Assembly: GCA_965115885.1 (NCBI GenBank)
Contig: OZ220479.1
Coordinates: forward strand, 1,732,334-1,796,333
Reading direction: 5' to 3'
DNA length: 64,000 nucleotides
Source: Longimicrobiales bacterium
GTDB taxonomy: Bacteria; Gemmatimonadota; Gemmatimonadetes; Longimicrobiales; Gaopeijiaceae
In this document: in pieces, positions 48,101-60,118 of the stretch
Numbering within the stretch: position 1 is the first letter of the stretch
Layout of the letters: every line of letters starts with the position of its first letter
The notes under the pieces: model-generated
The model's database searches: none
What the model was told of the DNA's origin: nothing
What the model saw: only the letters and a program-made list of their open reading frames with translations
Position numbers and translations under genes: made by a program

Positions 48101-50350
48101 CCAAGCAGCGCCATCTGGCACGTTGAGGAGCGAGCTCCGTCCGCCAAGGCGGGAGAGCCGGTCGGGCGTCTTCACGCAGGCCACGCGCAACAGATGAATG
48201 ACGCGCTGCAGAAGTGTGCGGTCGTTTGCGAGCAGTTGCGACTCGTGGCGCGCGAGAAAGCCGAGCGCTGACGGTGCCTTTAGCAGCGACACCAGGGTAT
48301 CGTCGCGGAACTGCTCGCTGATTTCGGTTTCCGACACGGCCGCCAGAAACAGCTGATCCGCAACCGCCGCATCACGATCGATCAATTCGGCCACCCACTT
48401 GCGATACGAGCGGCGCACGGCAGGGTGCGTTCCGATGGCGTGGGAGAGCGTCTCGAACGATGCTTCGGAAAGATGCTGCTCCTCGAGCCATTGCAGGATG
48501 GCCCAGTCCTCGAGCACGTCGTGGGCCGTCGCCACTAGCAACGGATTGTCGTCGGGGGACGTGATGAGAGAGTCGCCGCGCAGAGACTCGACCACGGCAG
48601 CATCGAGGCCGGTCGCAGAAATGTAGGCAGAAAGCGCCTGCGCGCGCCGTACGGCAATGCTCTGCAGCACCTCTTCGCGCGGCCGTCCCATGGCGGGCAC
48701 CACACGGTCGCCGCCGCGCACGATCTCGCGCCAGAAGAGCGCACGGAATGCACGTTCGGTCTGCGGAAGCGATTTTTCGGAGGTCCATGGGATGTCGATC
48801 GCTTTGTCGAGAACAAAGGGGTTGCGCAGGAGGTCGCGCAAACCCGGGCTCTTGAGAGGAATGGCGAGCCCTGGATATGCGACCTCCGCTTCCGTGAGTT
48901 CGGAATCATCGAGCGGCGGAACGCGGACGACCTTGTGGTTGATGCCGTGCGGCTGCAGAAAGCTCGCGCGCACCTGTTCGACCGAGTAGTCGCGGCAAGT
49001 GAGCAAAATGCGAAGGCCGCTGTCGTCCGCCGCCAGCGTAATGAGGTCGGTAAATGCGTCACGCGTTGTATTCTCGAGCAGGCGCTCGACGCTCTCCACA
49101 AGGACGACCTTGCGTTCCTGCGCACCGAGAATGGCGCGCAGTTTGGCCCAGTTCGCAGGAACCTGCGCGGCGGCCAGCGTGGCGTCCAGATGCGCCTGCG
49201 CGAATTCCTCAACGCGAAAGCCAAACAAGAAATGATCGGAGGCGAGCACGCGGACAGCGTCCTTGCCCACGGCTGACTTGCCGCAGCCGGCCGGTCCAGT
49301 CACGAGCACGATCTGAGCGCTCTCGAGCGAGTCGAGTAACTCCTGCACGAGTGCCGCGCGTGGCAGATGAAGATCGTCCCCGAGCCTCGAGCGTATTGCG
49401 CGTAGGACGGGTTCGGTGTGATCGCCAACCGCCTGGAGCACGCGCCGTTCATTCGTCCCGATGACGCCGTGGCGCGCCAGCGTGGCGGCGGGGAGGTCAT
49501 CGCGGCGCAGGCTGCAACTGGCAACCATCGCCCTGCTTGCCGCTACGATCAACTCGTTCCAGGAAGCGCTGGCGCTCGCCTCGGCGTCTCCGTCCGTCGC
49601 CGTGAAGGCGAGCATGCTCTTAACGTGCGCTTCCGTCTGTCCCGTCGAGCTGTGGAGGTCGAGGCTCAGCACGTGGAGAGTGCACAGGAACGGCCAGATG
49701 TCGGCTGCCGTGACGGGTTTTCCCTCGACATCGCCGATGATATTTTTCAGCACGGCGCAGTAGCGCACGGCCTCTTTTGAGATGAAGCCTTCGGTGGCGA
49801 GGCGCTCGTCGAACTCGATGCCGCCACGTGCGGCCCGCGCGCAATCTAGGAGCCCGACGAAGTGCTCGAGAAGCGTGTTCGTACCGCGCAGCGTGACAAG
49901 CGCGAGGCGGTCGTGTTCCTTTGAAAAGTGCGAGCCGTTGAAGTCATTCCAGAAATCGGTCACGGTCTGCACGCACGCCTGGTCCGACGCGCTGACTGTG
50001 AAGCTGCGTTTCACTTGGCCGGGGAGATGGCGTAACACGCCACCGGCCGTGCAACCCACCAAGAAGTCGTCGGTATGCCAGCCCAGACGCCCGGTCTGGA
50101 AGCCCACCTCCGCGACTGTGGTGTCGATCGCGATTGGCGGAATCGCGCCGACCAGAAGCTGCGCTAGCCAGTAGGCGCCGACATGCTGCTCAAACGTGGG
50201 CCCGGCACCGCCGGTGGAGGCGGGACTAGACACGCGCGCCGTAGTCCCGTCGACCGGCGGCGCGGTGCCGCCCGTGGCTGAATCAGCGTCACTGGTCGTG
50301 GCGTTCATGCTCGGAGTACGGGGTGAATCTCTGACGAAGATGTTGCTCAA
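45182..50350 (-). CDS. Avs-like giant STAND NTPase with N-terminal Cap4/DUF4297-like nuclease-like domain
   Basis: - N-terminal GGAGPTFEQHVGAYWLAQLLVG..EVGFQ..HTDDFLVGC-x11-GQVKRS (E..D..QxK).
- Walker A: VTGPAGCGKS.
- Walker B-like: KVVLVESVERL.
- LLRNPFVL.
- More than 1100 aa of helical C-terminal region.
- Start is TTG at 50350 or ATG at 50308; neither has an SD. Confidence 0.8.
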   Translation of the reverse strand: MSNIFVRDSPRTPSMNATTSDADSATGGTAPPVDGTTARVSSPASTGGAGPTFEQHVGAYWLAQLLVGAIPPIAIDTTVAEVGFQTGRLGWHTDDFLVGCTAGGVLRHLPGQVKRSFTVSASDQACVQTVTDFWNDFNGSHFSKEHDRLALVTLRGTNTLLEHFVGLLDCARAARGGIEFDERLATEGFISKEAVRYCAVLKNIIGDVEGKPVTAADIWPFLCTLHVLSLDLHSSTGQTEAHVKSMLAFTATDGDAEASASASWNELIVAASRAMVASCSLRRDDLPAATLARHGVIGTNERRVLQAVGDHTEPVLRAIRSRLGDDLHLPRAALVQELLDSLESAQIVLVTGPAGCGKSAVGKDAVRVLASDHFLFGFRVEEFAQAHLDATLAAAQVPANWAKLRAILGAQERKVVLVESVERLLENTTRDAFTDLITLAADDSGLRILLTCRDYSVEQVRASFLQPHGINHKVVRVPPLDDSELTEAEVAYPGLAIPLKSPGLRDLLRNPFVLDKAIDIPWTSEKSLPQTERAFRALFWREIVRGGDRVVPAMGRPREEVLQSIAVRRAQALSAYISATGLDAAVVESLRGDSLITSPDDNPLLVATAHDVLEDWAILQWLEEQHLSEASFETLSHAIGTHPAVRRSYRKWVAELIDRDAAVADQLFLAAVSETEISEQFRDDTLVSLLKAPSALGFLARHESQLLANDRTLLQRVIHLLRVACVKTPDRLSRLGGRSSLLNVPDGAAWPAVLRLVHRNLAAFTANERALLLRLVEDAVCGVTGSVSDLDGADDVIGIAHWLLDGLRGYGGDEPRKRVLKVIAKLPKGDAARFEATLRSNIEVEEHRSAIAEDFQGLIYTGTDGMPAARDLPDVVISVGADYLLASEEDIDDERRYRRCPLDIELYFGIKEDLRRDTFPASAVRGPWTNLLRHHSEKALDFYIKVFNHSADWYAHPRLHYPLEKAWEVELTFADGTTRKQWTNTRLWGSYRGMEVAPYRLQSMLMALESWLLEVGQQEPKRLDAILVDILRRTDNSALAAVVASVATAYPHASGEALLVLLGVRDYVAMDRSRLAGELQMTRMAAMIPTMLADHQIYGMERKQADALPHRQKDLETAVANLQLGPLKPRVHALLDNHLAALPPREQQDEGDRLWRLAIHRMDLRQYSASDTPGPEIPDSQSRAGDSPRHYVRLDPTPPEADLQAIVDESAAHLATMNARFGLLMWGRQAFRGETGKYDPAQWAAKLSEAQAMDGQVEDEDDSRHAPGVVAAVCIRDRWDDMMSAQRDWCVDRVCTEVMRHADATDRTERVQNNPMAADRVGASVLAKLLRKPLDPTRTERVKTAFAAALTHPVEQVRSYATWSIDETVWAAKRALALRCVNAIAVEAATIDRAQDAERARPHDERRSLDQIKLETTGEIRARFWKDGGIAEDAHVTLDISDGFGARAVKRMLVILGHVPQDPIAITAFARASLTLASWWTSNDDRSNGGHRDLHTESEVSGRIQEFSLRTCPEAAQRVLAPLLATVDRHSYELGSVMKGLTRLQDGNPNTCQYWFLWKLIADAVKRAKWLAGLDTDRHPDGTHLLSAVFLTLGWKDDVRHWRFLDGHAHLVHALFEALPTTAVVLDNYARFLYHVGERSLPDAFVRVGDALQRGNTQKMFAKSDTVFMLEVLLQRYVYGRPLELKRDNRIRDAVLFILDCLVEVGSSAAFRMRDDFVTPAA

Positions 50351-50383
50351 ACATAGCGACCCGACCGTAGCGGGCTCTAGCTT

Positions 50384-50523
50384 GTCCAGGGGTCATGCCG
50401 TCCCTCCCAATCGGCGTGGCGTTGCGCCTCTCGACACAGAATAAAAACAGTAATGTCCGGGTGCAACCAGCGCAACGGTTGGCGACGTCGGATGCGGTCG
50501 CCTCCGAGAAGAGGACGCTCTTG
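50384..50523 (-). repeat. Repeat R2, copy 2
   Basis: See copy 1. It lies between the hsdR stop and the Avs-like gene. Confidence 0.85.
50438..50466 (-). promoter_or_regulatory. Sigma70-like promoter inside R2 copy 2
   Basis: Minus strand TTGCAC-N17-TATTCT, about 40 nt upstream of the GGGAGGG-ATG at 50396. The equivalent positions in R2 copy 1 are degenerate. Confidence 0.35.
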
Positions 50524-50719
50524 CGGGGCCACCGTAGTAATCAGCCCACCAGCGATTCGAAGGCCGCTACACCAATCGTGACGTCATCCTGCTCGCCGAC
50601 ATCTCCAACAGCCATTTCACAACACCCGCAAGGTGCCGTGCCTACCGCACCGGTCACCTGCCGCAGGACCAAAGCCACACTCGTCACGCCGACAACCAAG
50701 CTCCTCGTGAGGGCGGATG

Positions 50720-53855
<3,136 letters not shown>

Positions 53856-53859
<4 letters not shown>

Positions 53860-55463
53860 AGGGCGGACTCCAGGAGAGCCTTGGCGTCCGGGACTTGGAT
53901 CTCGCCGGAGACGAGCTTCGGGAGGAGGGTGTCGCGGAGTGCGACGAGGGTGCGAATGCTCATTTCACTAGCGACTTGCCGCGTCAGCATCCCTGAAAAC
54001 GTGCCGGATAGCGCCGCTATCACACGTTTCGGGGGGACAGCGCAAAGAGCTTCGGTCAGGTGATGCCTTCGGATATGGCCCATGGTTGTCGCCTTGTCCT
54101 GGGCGATTCTCTGAAAACGACGAAGATGCGATAACAGCAAGTGAAGATACAGCCACTTCGGATATTGACCAGATGTAACCTTGAAGAGGTGCTGGTTGAG
54201 AGCCGCTTGCCCACCGCACCACACTCGTACAAGCAAGCTGCCCGACCATGAAAAAAGAACATCGCCGTCCTCGATGACGCACTCCGGCTTGATCGCGCTA
54301 CTCGCCCATTCACCGCTATTCGCTTCACCTGCTCGCAACTGGGCAATCTTGACCACCGGCAATCGTGACTCCCCCTCCTGGGGGCGGTATTTCTGAAGAG
54401 CCAATCCATTCTGAAATCGTGCGATCACATCCAATGGAGTCACTTCCCAGCCTTCTGGAATCTCCCCCATCTCAGAATCCACCAGCCGGTTGGGGAACAG
54501 GTCGGCGACGTCCTGCGGCAACCCCGGGTCGCGACCCTCCATCTTCGCCCGGACCGGATCGAAGTCCACGAACCACGACTTGAACAACGCCCGCGCCATC
54601 CCCTCCAACGTCTCGTTCATCCGACGGTTCAACTCGATCTTGTCGTCCAGCGCGCCCAGCACGTGCGCGATGGCGCGCTGCTCGGGGAGGGGCGGGAGGT
54701 TAAGTCGAATCTGCTTGAGCGCGGACCCTGAAAGTTCCCGAAATGTCGACCCCGAAGCATGACGCTCAAGCTCCGACGTGTTCAGTTTTAGCCAGTAATA
54801 GAGAAATTCTGGAAACACGCCGTCTCGAACAACGAGGTTGCGAAATCCCTGGTTGGTGGAAATGGCATTTTTTGCGAGCGCAACATATCCGATTGGAGCG
54901 CGCGTAGAGAGCAATACGGCTCCTGCAGAAAGCAACTTTGCGGACGAGCTATCGAGTCCTTGCTGGGACAAGTTGCGCTCTCCACGTTCTATGTAGCGGT
55001 TATGGGGACCCGAGAGATCTCGAGGCGTCAACCAGGGTACTACCCCACCGAAGTTACGGGCGTTCTTGGTTGAAGGCGTGCCACCACCGACAATGTCCGC
55101 GATGTCTCCGATGGAAACATCCCGCCAGCCAGTACTAGGCGGAGCGTCCAACACCACGTACTCCCGCTCGATCTCCCGTTGGAACTTCTCCGGCAACCGC
55201 GCCCAGTCCCGCGCTTCGACCAGAATCGGGATCGCCGACTCGCGAATAGCGGCCTCGAATTCGATCAGCCGCTCCCAAGGGAGCTCCTGGAGCCCCGGAC
55301 CCCGGAGGACGAGATTCAGATCGCTGCCTTCATGACCCCGGCCATTCACGCGACTGCCGTAGGCCCACATCTCGACTTCGGGCAGGTGCTCGCGCAGTAG
55401 ATCCTCGAGGATGCGCCGGTGTTGCGGAGCAAGGTGCAGTCGGTCAGCCATCGTTGGTCCCAT
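53856..55463 (-). CDS. hsdS: Type I specificity subunit HsdS with an N-terminal MNT-type nucleotidyltransferase domain (in-frame fusion)
   Basis: - Residues ~1-105: NTase fold ([30 protein letters not shown]).
- TRD1: [21 protein letters not shown].
- Central conserved helix: [32 protein letters not shown].
- TRD2, then the C-terminal helix.
- Alternative ATG at 55451. Confidence 0.85.
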
Positions 55464-55573
55464 CGATCATGTCGGCCAAGGCCAAGGCCTTGGCGTCGTC
55501 GACAAACGACGGCAACAGCTCCATCGCCGCGTCCGCAAAACCGTCGCTGAAGCCGGTGGCTTCGAGATCGCGT

Positions 55574-57115
55574 TCACCGCGCCGGACCGAACCCGAGCGC
55601 TCGAAGATTCTCGTTGATCGCCGCGTCCAGCCGAGCGCCCTCGGCCTGCTGATCGCGGAGTTCGACCGCCAATCGCTCCATCTTCTCCTCGAACGGTTCT
55701 CCGTCTTCCGCCCGGGGCTCGACGCCCACGTAGCGACCGGGCGTCAGCACGTGGTCGTGCCGACCCACCTCCTCCACGGACACGCTCCTGCAGAACCCCG
55801 CCGCGTCCGCGTAGTCGTCGTCCCCCAGCCTCCATGCGTGGTAGGTCCCGGCGATCCGGGCGACATCCTCGTCGGTCAGCTCGCGATGCGTGCGATCCGC
55901 CATCCGACCGAGCTTCCTCGCGTCGACGAACAGGATCTTGCCTCGCCGCTCCCGACCCCGCGCCACGAACCACAGGCACACCGGGATCGGCGTCGAGTAG
56001 AACAGCTGACCAGGCAACGCGACCATGCAGTCGACCAGGTCGGCCTCGATCAGGTTCCGTCGGATCTCGCCCTCCCCGGACTGCATCGACGACATCGAGC
56101 CGTTGGCCAGCACGAACCCCGCCACGCCCTTCGGCGCGAGGTGGTGCACCATGTGCTGCACCCAGGCGAAGTTCGCGTTGCCCTTCGGTGGGACGCCGTA
56201 GCGCCACCGCTTGTCCTCGACCAGCCGCTCGCCGTCCCAGTCCTTGTCGTTGAAGAATGGATTCGCGAGGATGAAGTCCGCTTTCAAGTCCGGGTGGCGG
56301 TCGTCGTGGAAGCTGTCGCCGTGCTCGATTCGTCCCCCGATGCCCCGGATAGCGAGGTTCATCCGGGCCAGCCGCCAGGTCGTGTGGTTCGACTCCTGTC
56401 CGTAGATCGAGATGTCGAGCGCCTTCCCGCCGTTGCCGTTGCTCGTCGCGTGGGCGCGGATGAACTCGGCCGACTGCACGAACATGCCCGCCGAGCCGCA
56501 GCACGGGTCGTAGACCCGCCCCCGGTACGGCTCGATCATCGCGACAAGCAACTTGACGACGCTGCGCGGCGTGTAGAACTCGCCTGCCCTCTTGCCCTCG
56601 GCGCTGGCGAACCGCGAGAGGAAGTACTCGTACACGCGTCCGAGCACGTCCTTCGATCGCGACTCCGCGTCCCCGACCCGGATGTTGCCGACCATGTCGA
56701 TCAGCTGGCCCAAGCGCTGCTTGTCGAGACCCGGGCGAGCGTAGTCCTTGGGCAGGACCCCCTTGAGCGCCCGGTTCTCGTGCTCGATCGCCGCCATGGC
56801 GCTGTCCACGGCTTGGCCGACGTCGGGCTGCCGCGCCCGATCCCTCAGGCGCGTCCAGCGTGCGTCCTCCGGCACCCAGAAGACGTTCTCCGCAATGTAC
56901 GCGTCGCGGTCCTCGACCCATTCCGGACCCCACTCGGCCAGCACGGCCGCGCGGCGCTCCTCGAACGCGTCGGAGACGTACTTGAGGAAGATCAGGCCCA
57001 GCACGACGTGCTTGTACGACGAAGCGTCCATCGAGCCGCGCAGCTTGTCGGCCATCGCCCACAGCTCGGCCTCGTAGCCGGTCGTGGCCCCGCCGTCGGT
57101 TCGTTTGGCAGGCAT
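55574..57115 (-). CDS. hsdM: Type I N6-adenine DNA methyltransferase subunit HsdM (atypical motifs I and IV)
   Basis: HsdM N-domain ([29 protein letters not shown]), then GEFYTPRSV, motif [12 protein letters not shown] and motif IV LANPFFN. SD GGAGGGGA precedes the ATG. Confidence 0.9.
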   Translation of the reverse strand: MPAKRTDGGATTGYEAELWAMADKLRGSMDASSYKHVVLGLIFLKYVSDAFEERRAAVLAEWGPEWVEDRDAYIAENVFWVPEDARWTRLRDRARQPDVGQAVDSAMAAIEHENRALKGVLPKDYARPGLDKQRLGQLIDMVGNIRVGDAESRSKDVLGRVYEYFLSRFASAEGKRAGEFYTPRSVVKLLVAMIEPYRGRVYDPCCGSAGMFVQSAEFIRAHATSNGNGGKALDISIYGQESNHTTWRLARMNLAIRGIGGRIEHGDSFHDDRHPDLKADFILANPFFNDKDWDGERLVEDKRWRYGVPPKGNANFAWVQHMVHHLAPKGVAGFVLANGSMSSMQSGEGEIRRNLIEADLVDCMVALPGQLFYSTPIPVCLWFVARGRERRGKILFVDARKLGRMADRTHRELTDEDVARIAGTYHAWRLGDDDYADAAGFCRSVSVEEVGRHDHVLTPGRYVGVEPRAEDGEPFEEKMERLAVELRDQQAEGARLDAAINENLRALGFGPAR

Positions 57116-57175
57116 CTCCCCTCCGCTCCGTAGCTAGTCCCGGGCTCCGGCTTGACACTCTCGAGTCCGTCCGAT

Positions 57176-59791
57176 TTATGAAGGACCCAAAAAGCGCTCA
57201 CCGTCGAAATGGATGAGATGGCTCGGAGCATCGGCGCACCACACCTCGGTTTCCCAAGAGATCTCGCTCAGATGACGCCCCATTACAGTTCGGTTCGGAA
57301 AAGCGGTGACATAAACGATACCAGCTTGTGCGACACCGAACAACTGAGCCAGTTCGTTGTGACGTTTGGCATTCACTGGCCCATGGCTCGTGACCGCTTC
57401 GACGAGGATGAGCCAGTTCTTTTTGCGGAAATACAGAACGACATCCGGCATTTTTCCGTGCTTGTCGACGACAACGCCGAGCTCCACAAGGATCTTCTCT
57501 TCGAAGAGCTCGCCCCCAGCATCGCCCACATAGACGACTTCGGCGCCAGGCGCGAACCGAGGAGCGAACGAAGTAAGAATTTCTCCGATGAGTTCGCTGT
57601 GTTTGCCTGGCGTGAGCGCCAAATAATGGTCCTTTGCCACTTTGACGGGGATCATCTGCATAGCGCGATTTCGTGCCCGCCTCGCCTCGAGCGAGGGCCG
57701 TCGACCGATCCACTTCTCAACGGCCGCCTCCCATTCCGAAGTGCCGAAGGTCACCGCGACATCCAAGGCCTCTTCGCTGATCCGATAACAGGCTTTTGGG
57801 CTGTTTACGGGGCGGGCAGGATTGTCGGGGTTGTACAGAGCGATTCCGGCTTCCACAAACTGGTGCATCGTCTGCCTTCGAAAAGTCTCACGGGTATTCG
57901 GAGCGTAGGCCCTTCCGTAGTGCTTTCGGGCGTAGTCCATGATCGGCGTGATGCCCATGAGGGGCCGATCAAGCCGATTCCATGACCCGGCAGGCCGGAG
58001 GTCGACCAAGGCAAGCAACGTCAGTGCCGAGCGGTCGTTCTGTTGGCCGCGGGGCATCCCGAGGGCCTTCAGGACCGCTGTCGCTTCGTCCATCTTGCGC
58101 CTTGCCGCCAGCGGGTTCTCGTCATGCGTCATGTGTGCGACCTCCCCTTCGATGATCGTGTCGACCGCCTCCTGCGAAAGCTCGGCAACATCGTATTTTC
58201 TTCCAAGCCGTTCGAGGGTTGCGTGGTCCGGATAGCGCAAACGCCGCAGATCGGTCGCGTTGACTTGAGTGTGTCCGTTGTATTGTCTGAAATAGCGGTC
58301 TACCAAGCTGGCATTCAGAAAAAGAGCGAGCCCCCGGGCGAGCTCTTCCGGCATGCCGGCACGACGCAAGTGAAAAACGTTGAGATGATTCTCGAAACCG
58401 ATCAATTTGCCGGGGAGATTCGAAGCGTAGACCGAGGCGACGATGCGCCGCCGTTCTTCCTTGGAGGTGAACCGCCGCACGACGACGTAGCTACCCTCGT
58501 TCGGCCACAGCCGCCTGACACTAGCGTCGGATACGCGAATCGCATTCGGTTTCCGCGACGCCTTCGGCCATGAGGTCCGCCCGCCTTCGAAATGGGCTGG
58601 GTAAAGAAGCGGTACCGCTCCATTTTCCGGCATCGTGCGCAAGTCGTCCTTGAGACGGAAATCCACCACGGGTCCTGTAGAAACCTCGACGCCGAGAGTT
58701 GCCAAGCTCGTGGTGAAACAGGCCATTCGGTCCACAATGCTCTGTTCAATGCCGTCGGCGGCGATGTGTACGAAACAGTCTGGATCGTTGTCGCAGATTA
58801 CCGAATTAAGTGGGACCGTTCGCTGAGTCAGATCTTCAGCGGTGCAGACGCCCCGCACTGGATCGAATTCCAATGCGTTTCCGCCGCTTGTCGTGATCGT
58901 CACATCTCCCGACGTTTCTCCCTTGACCGCGTGCACGATGACGTTCTCTTGAAGGACGTCGTCGTCTTTAAAAGCGTGATCGCGCTTCTCGAACACATGT
59001 ATCTGGCGCAGACGCATCATCGAGAAGAACTGTTGTCGGAAAGGCCGGAAGTAAGGGCCATTGCAAAACGAGCGAGGTACGATGGCAACCATCTCGCCAC
59101 CATGGCACAACTGCTTCGCGGCCAGAAACATGAAGCCGGTATACAAATTAGAAGTTTCGAGACCCGCTCGGCGAAGTGCACCACGATGCGCCGAGTCCGC
59201 TCTGATCTTCCGATAGGGTGGATTGAGAATAACGTGGGTGAAGCCAACTCCACCGACGGCGCTGTCGCCGAAAGAGCCCGGCACGCGTGCGTCGCTGTGT
59301 TCGAGGATGAAATCCGCGCTGAGGAGTTGGCTAGTCGCCTCGATCCGCGCCTGCTCACACCGTGTCTCCACACGCAGAAGAGTGTCGGAGAGATGGTCTG
59401 ACAGTAGCGAATCGACCTCGTAGCAGACGAATTCAACGGAGCGTGGAGGAGTCGATTCTCTGCAAAACCGCTCGGCGAGTGCGACCGTGAGGGATCCAAC
59501 TCCCGCCCCGGGATCCAAGACTCGGAGGTTTCCGAGTCTTTCCGAGAACAGATTTGCCATGAACCGGCTAACGCGGATCGGAGTCATGTACTGGCCCAGC
59601 ACGGCACGCCTGCTGGGTTCGAGTTTTTGCGAGACAACGATACGGGAGAAGTCGACCGCTTCAGCAAGTGCGTCGACGGCCCCTACACCCGATTCCGCCC
59701 ACAAAGACCTTTCGGGGAGCAAAAAAGCCGGAAGGCTGACGGAGGGCAAGTCGCTCTGGAGGGAGCCACGGACGGAACCTCTTGGGGTCAT
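57176..59791 (-). CDS. Fusion protein: Eco57I/PstI-type gamma N6-adenine MTase (N-terminal) + BsuBI/PstI-family restriction endonuclease (C-terminal)
   Basis: - MTase module: VLDPGAGVGSL (motif I), VILNPPYRKI (motif IV), NATDLRRLRYP.
- REase module, from about residue 567 (nt 58093): LKALGMPRGQQNDRSALTLLAL, YAPNTRETFRRQT, LILVEAVTSHGPV, ISWETEVW..HLIHFDGERFLGP.
- SD GAGGAG precedes the ATG at 59791. Confidence 0.8.
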   Translation of the reverse strand: MTPRGSVRGSLQSDLPSVSLPAFLLPERSLWAESGVGAVDALAEAVDFSRIVVSQKLEPSRRAVLGQYMTPIRVSRFMANLFSERLGNLRVLDPGAGVGSLTVALAERFCRESTPPRSVEFVCYEVDSLLSDHLSDTLLRVETRCEQARIEATSQLLSADFILEHSDARVPGSFGDSAVGGVGFTHVILNPPYRKIRADSAHRGALRRAGLETSNLYTGFMFLAAKQLCHGGEMVAIVPRSFCNGPYFRPFRQQFFSMMRLRQIHVFEKRDHAFKDDDVLQENVIVHAVKGETSGDVTITTSGGNALEFDPVRGVCTAEDLTQRTVPLNSVICDNDPDCFVHIAADGIEQSIVDRMACFTTSLATLGVEVSTGPVVDFRLKDDLRTMPENGAVPLLYPAHFEGGRTSWPKASRKPNAIRVSDASVRRLWPNEGSYVVVRRFTSKEERRRIVASVYASNLPGKLIGFENHLNVFHLRRAGMPEELARGLALFLNASLVDRYFRQYNGHTQVNATDLRRLRYPDHATLERLGRKYDVAELSQEAVDTIIEGEVAHMTHDENPLAARRKMDEATAVLKALGMPRGQQNDRSALTLLALVDLRPAGSWNRLDRPLMGITPIMDYARKHYGRAYAPNTRETFRRQTMHQFVEAGIALYNPDNPARPVNSPKACYRISEEALDVAVTFGTSEWEAAVEKWIGRRPSLEARRARNRAMQMIPVKVAKDHYLALTPGKHSELIGEILTSFAPRFAPGAEVVYVGDAGGELFEEKILVELGVVVDKHGKMPDVVLYFRKKNWLILVEAVTSHGPVNAKRHNELAQLFGVAQAGIVYVTAFPNRTVMGRHLSEISWETEVWCADAPSHLIHFDGERFLGPS

Positions 59792-60118
59792 CTGTTGTTC
59801 TCCTCATTAAGTCCCGGATCCGCCGAAAGCAACGCAACCTCTCACTGATGTTGTTCGATCAGCCCCTCGTATGGGTTAGAACCCACGTCCCTGTGGTAGC
59901 CGATCCAACCGGAGGATCCGACACCCGGTATAGTATAGCCACTCACGGCCTACTGCAAGCTCCAGCTCGGCAACTTACACGCTGACCTGACACCGTGCAC
60001 CACGGTAACCGCGGGAGCAAGCGCCTTTGGGCTTGAGCGAAGAGGAGCGCGAGGGGGTTCCAAGTGTGGTGTTGGGATATCACCGGCTGCGATTCCACCA
60101 TGCGCTCCGAATCCATCT

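Noticed and set aside
55464-55573. Search for a HEPN toxin or other partner gene between hsdM and the NTase-hsdS fusion
   Set aside because: The gap is 110 nt and holds only a 26-codon ORF ([26 protein letters not shown]), with no Rx4-6H motif. It is too short for a HEPN domain.
57151-57180. Plus-strand TTGACA-N17-TTTATG promoter-like sequence between the MTase-REase and hsdM genes
   Set aside because: It points away from any plus-strand ORF, and the -10 match is poor. It is probably a chance match in the AT-richer intergenic DNA.
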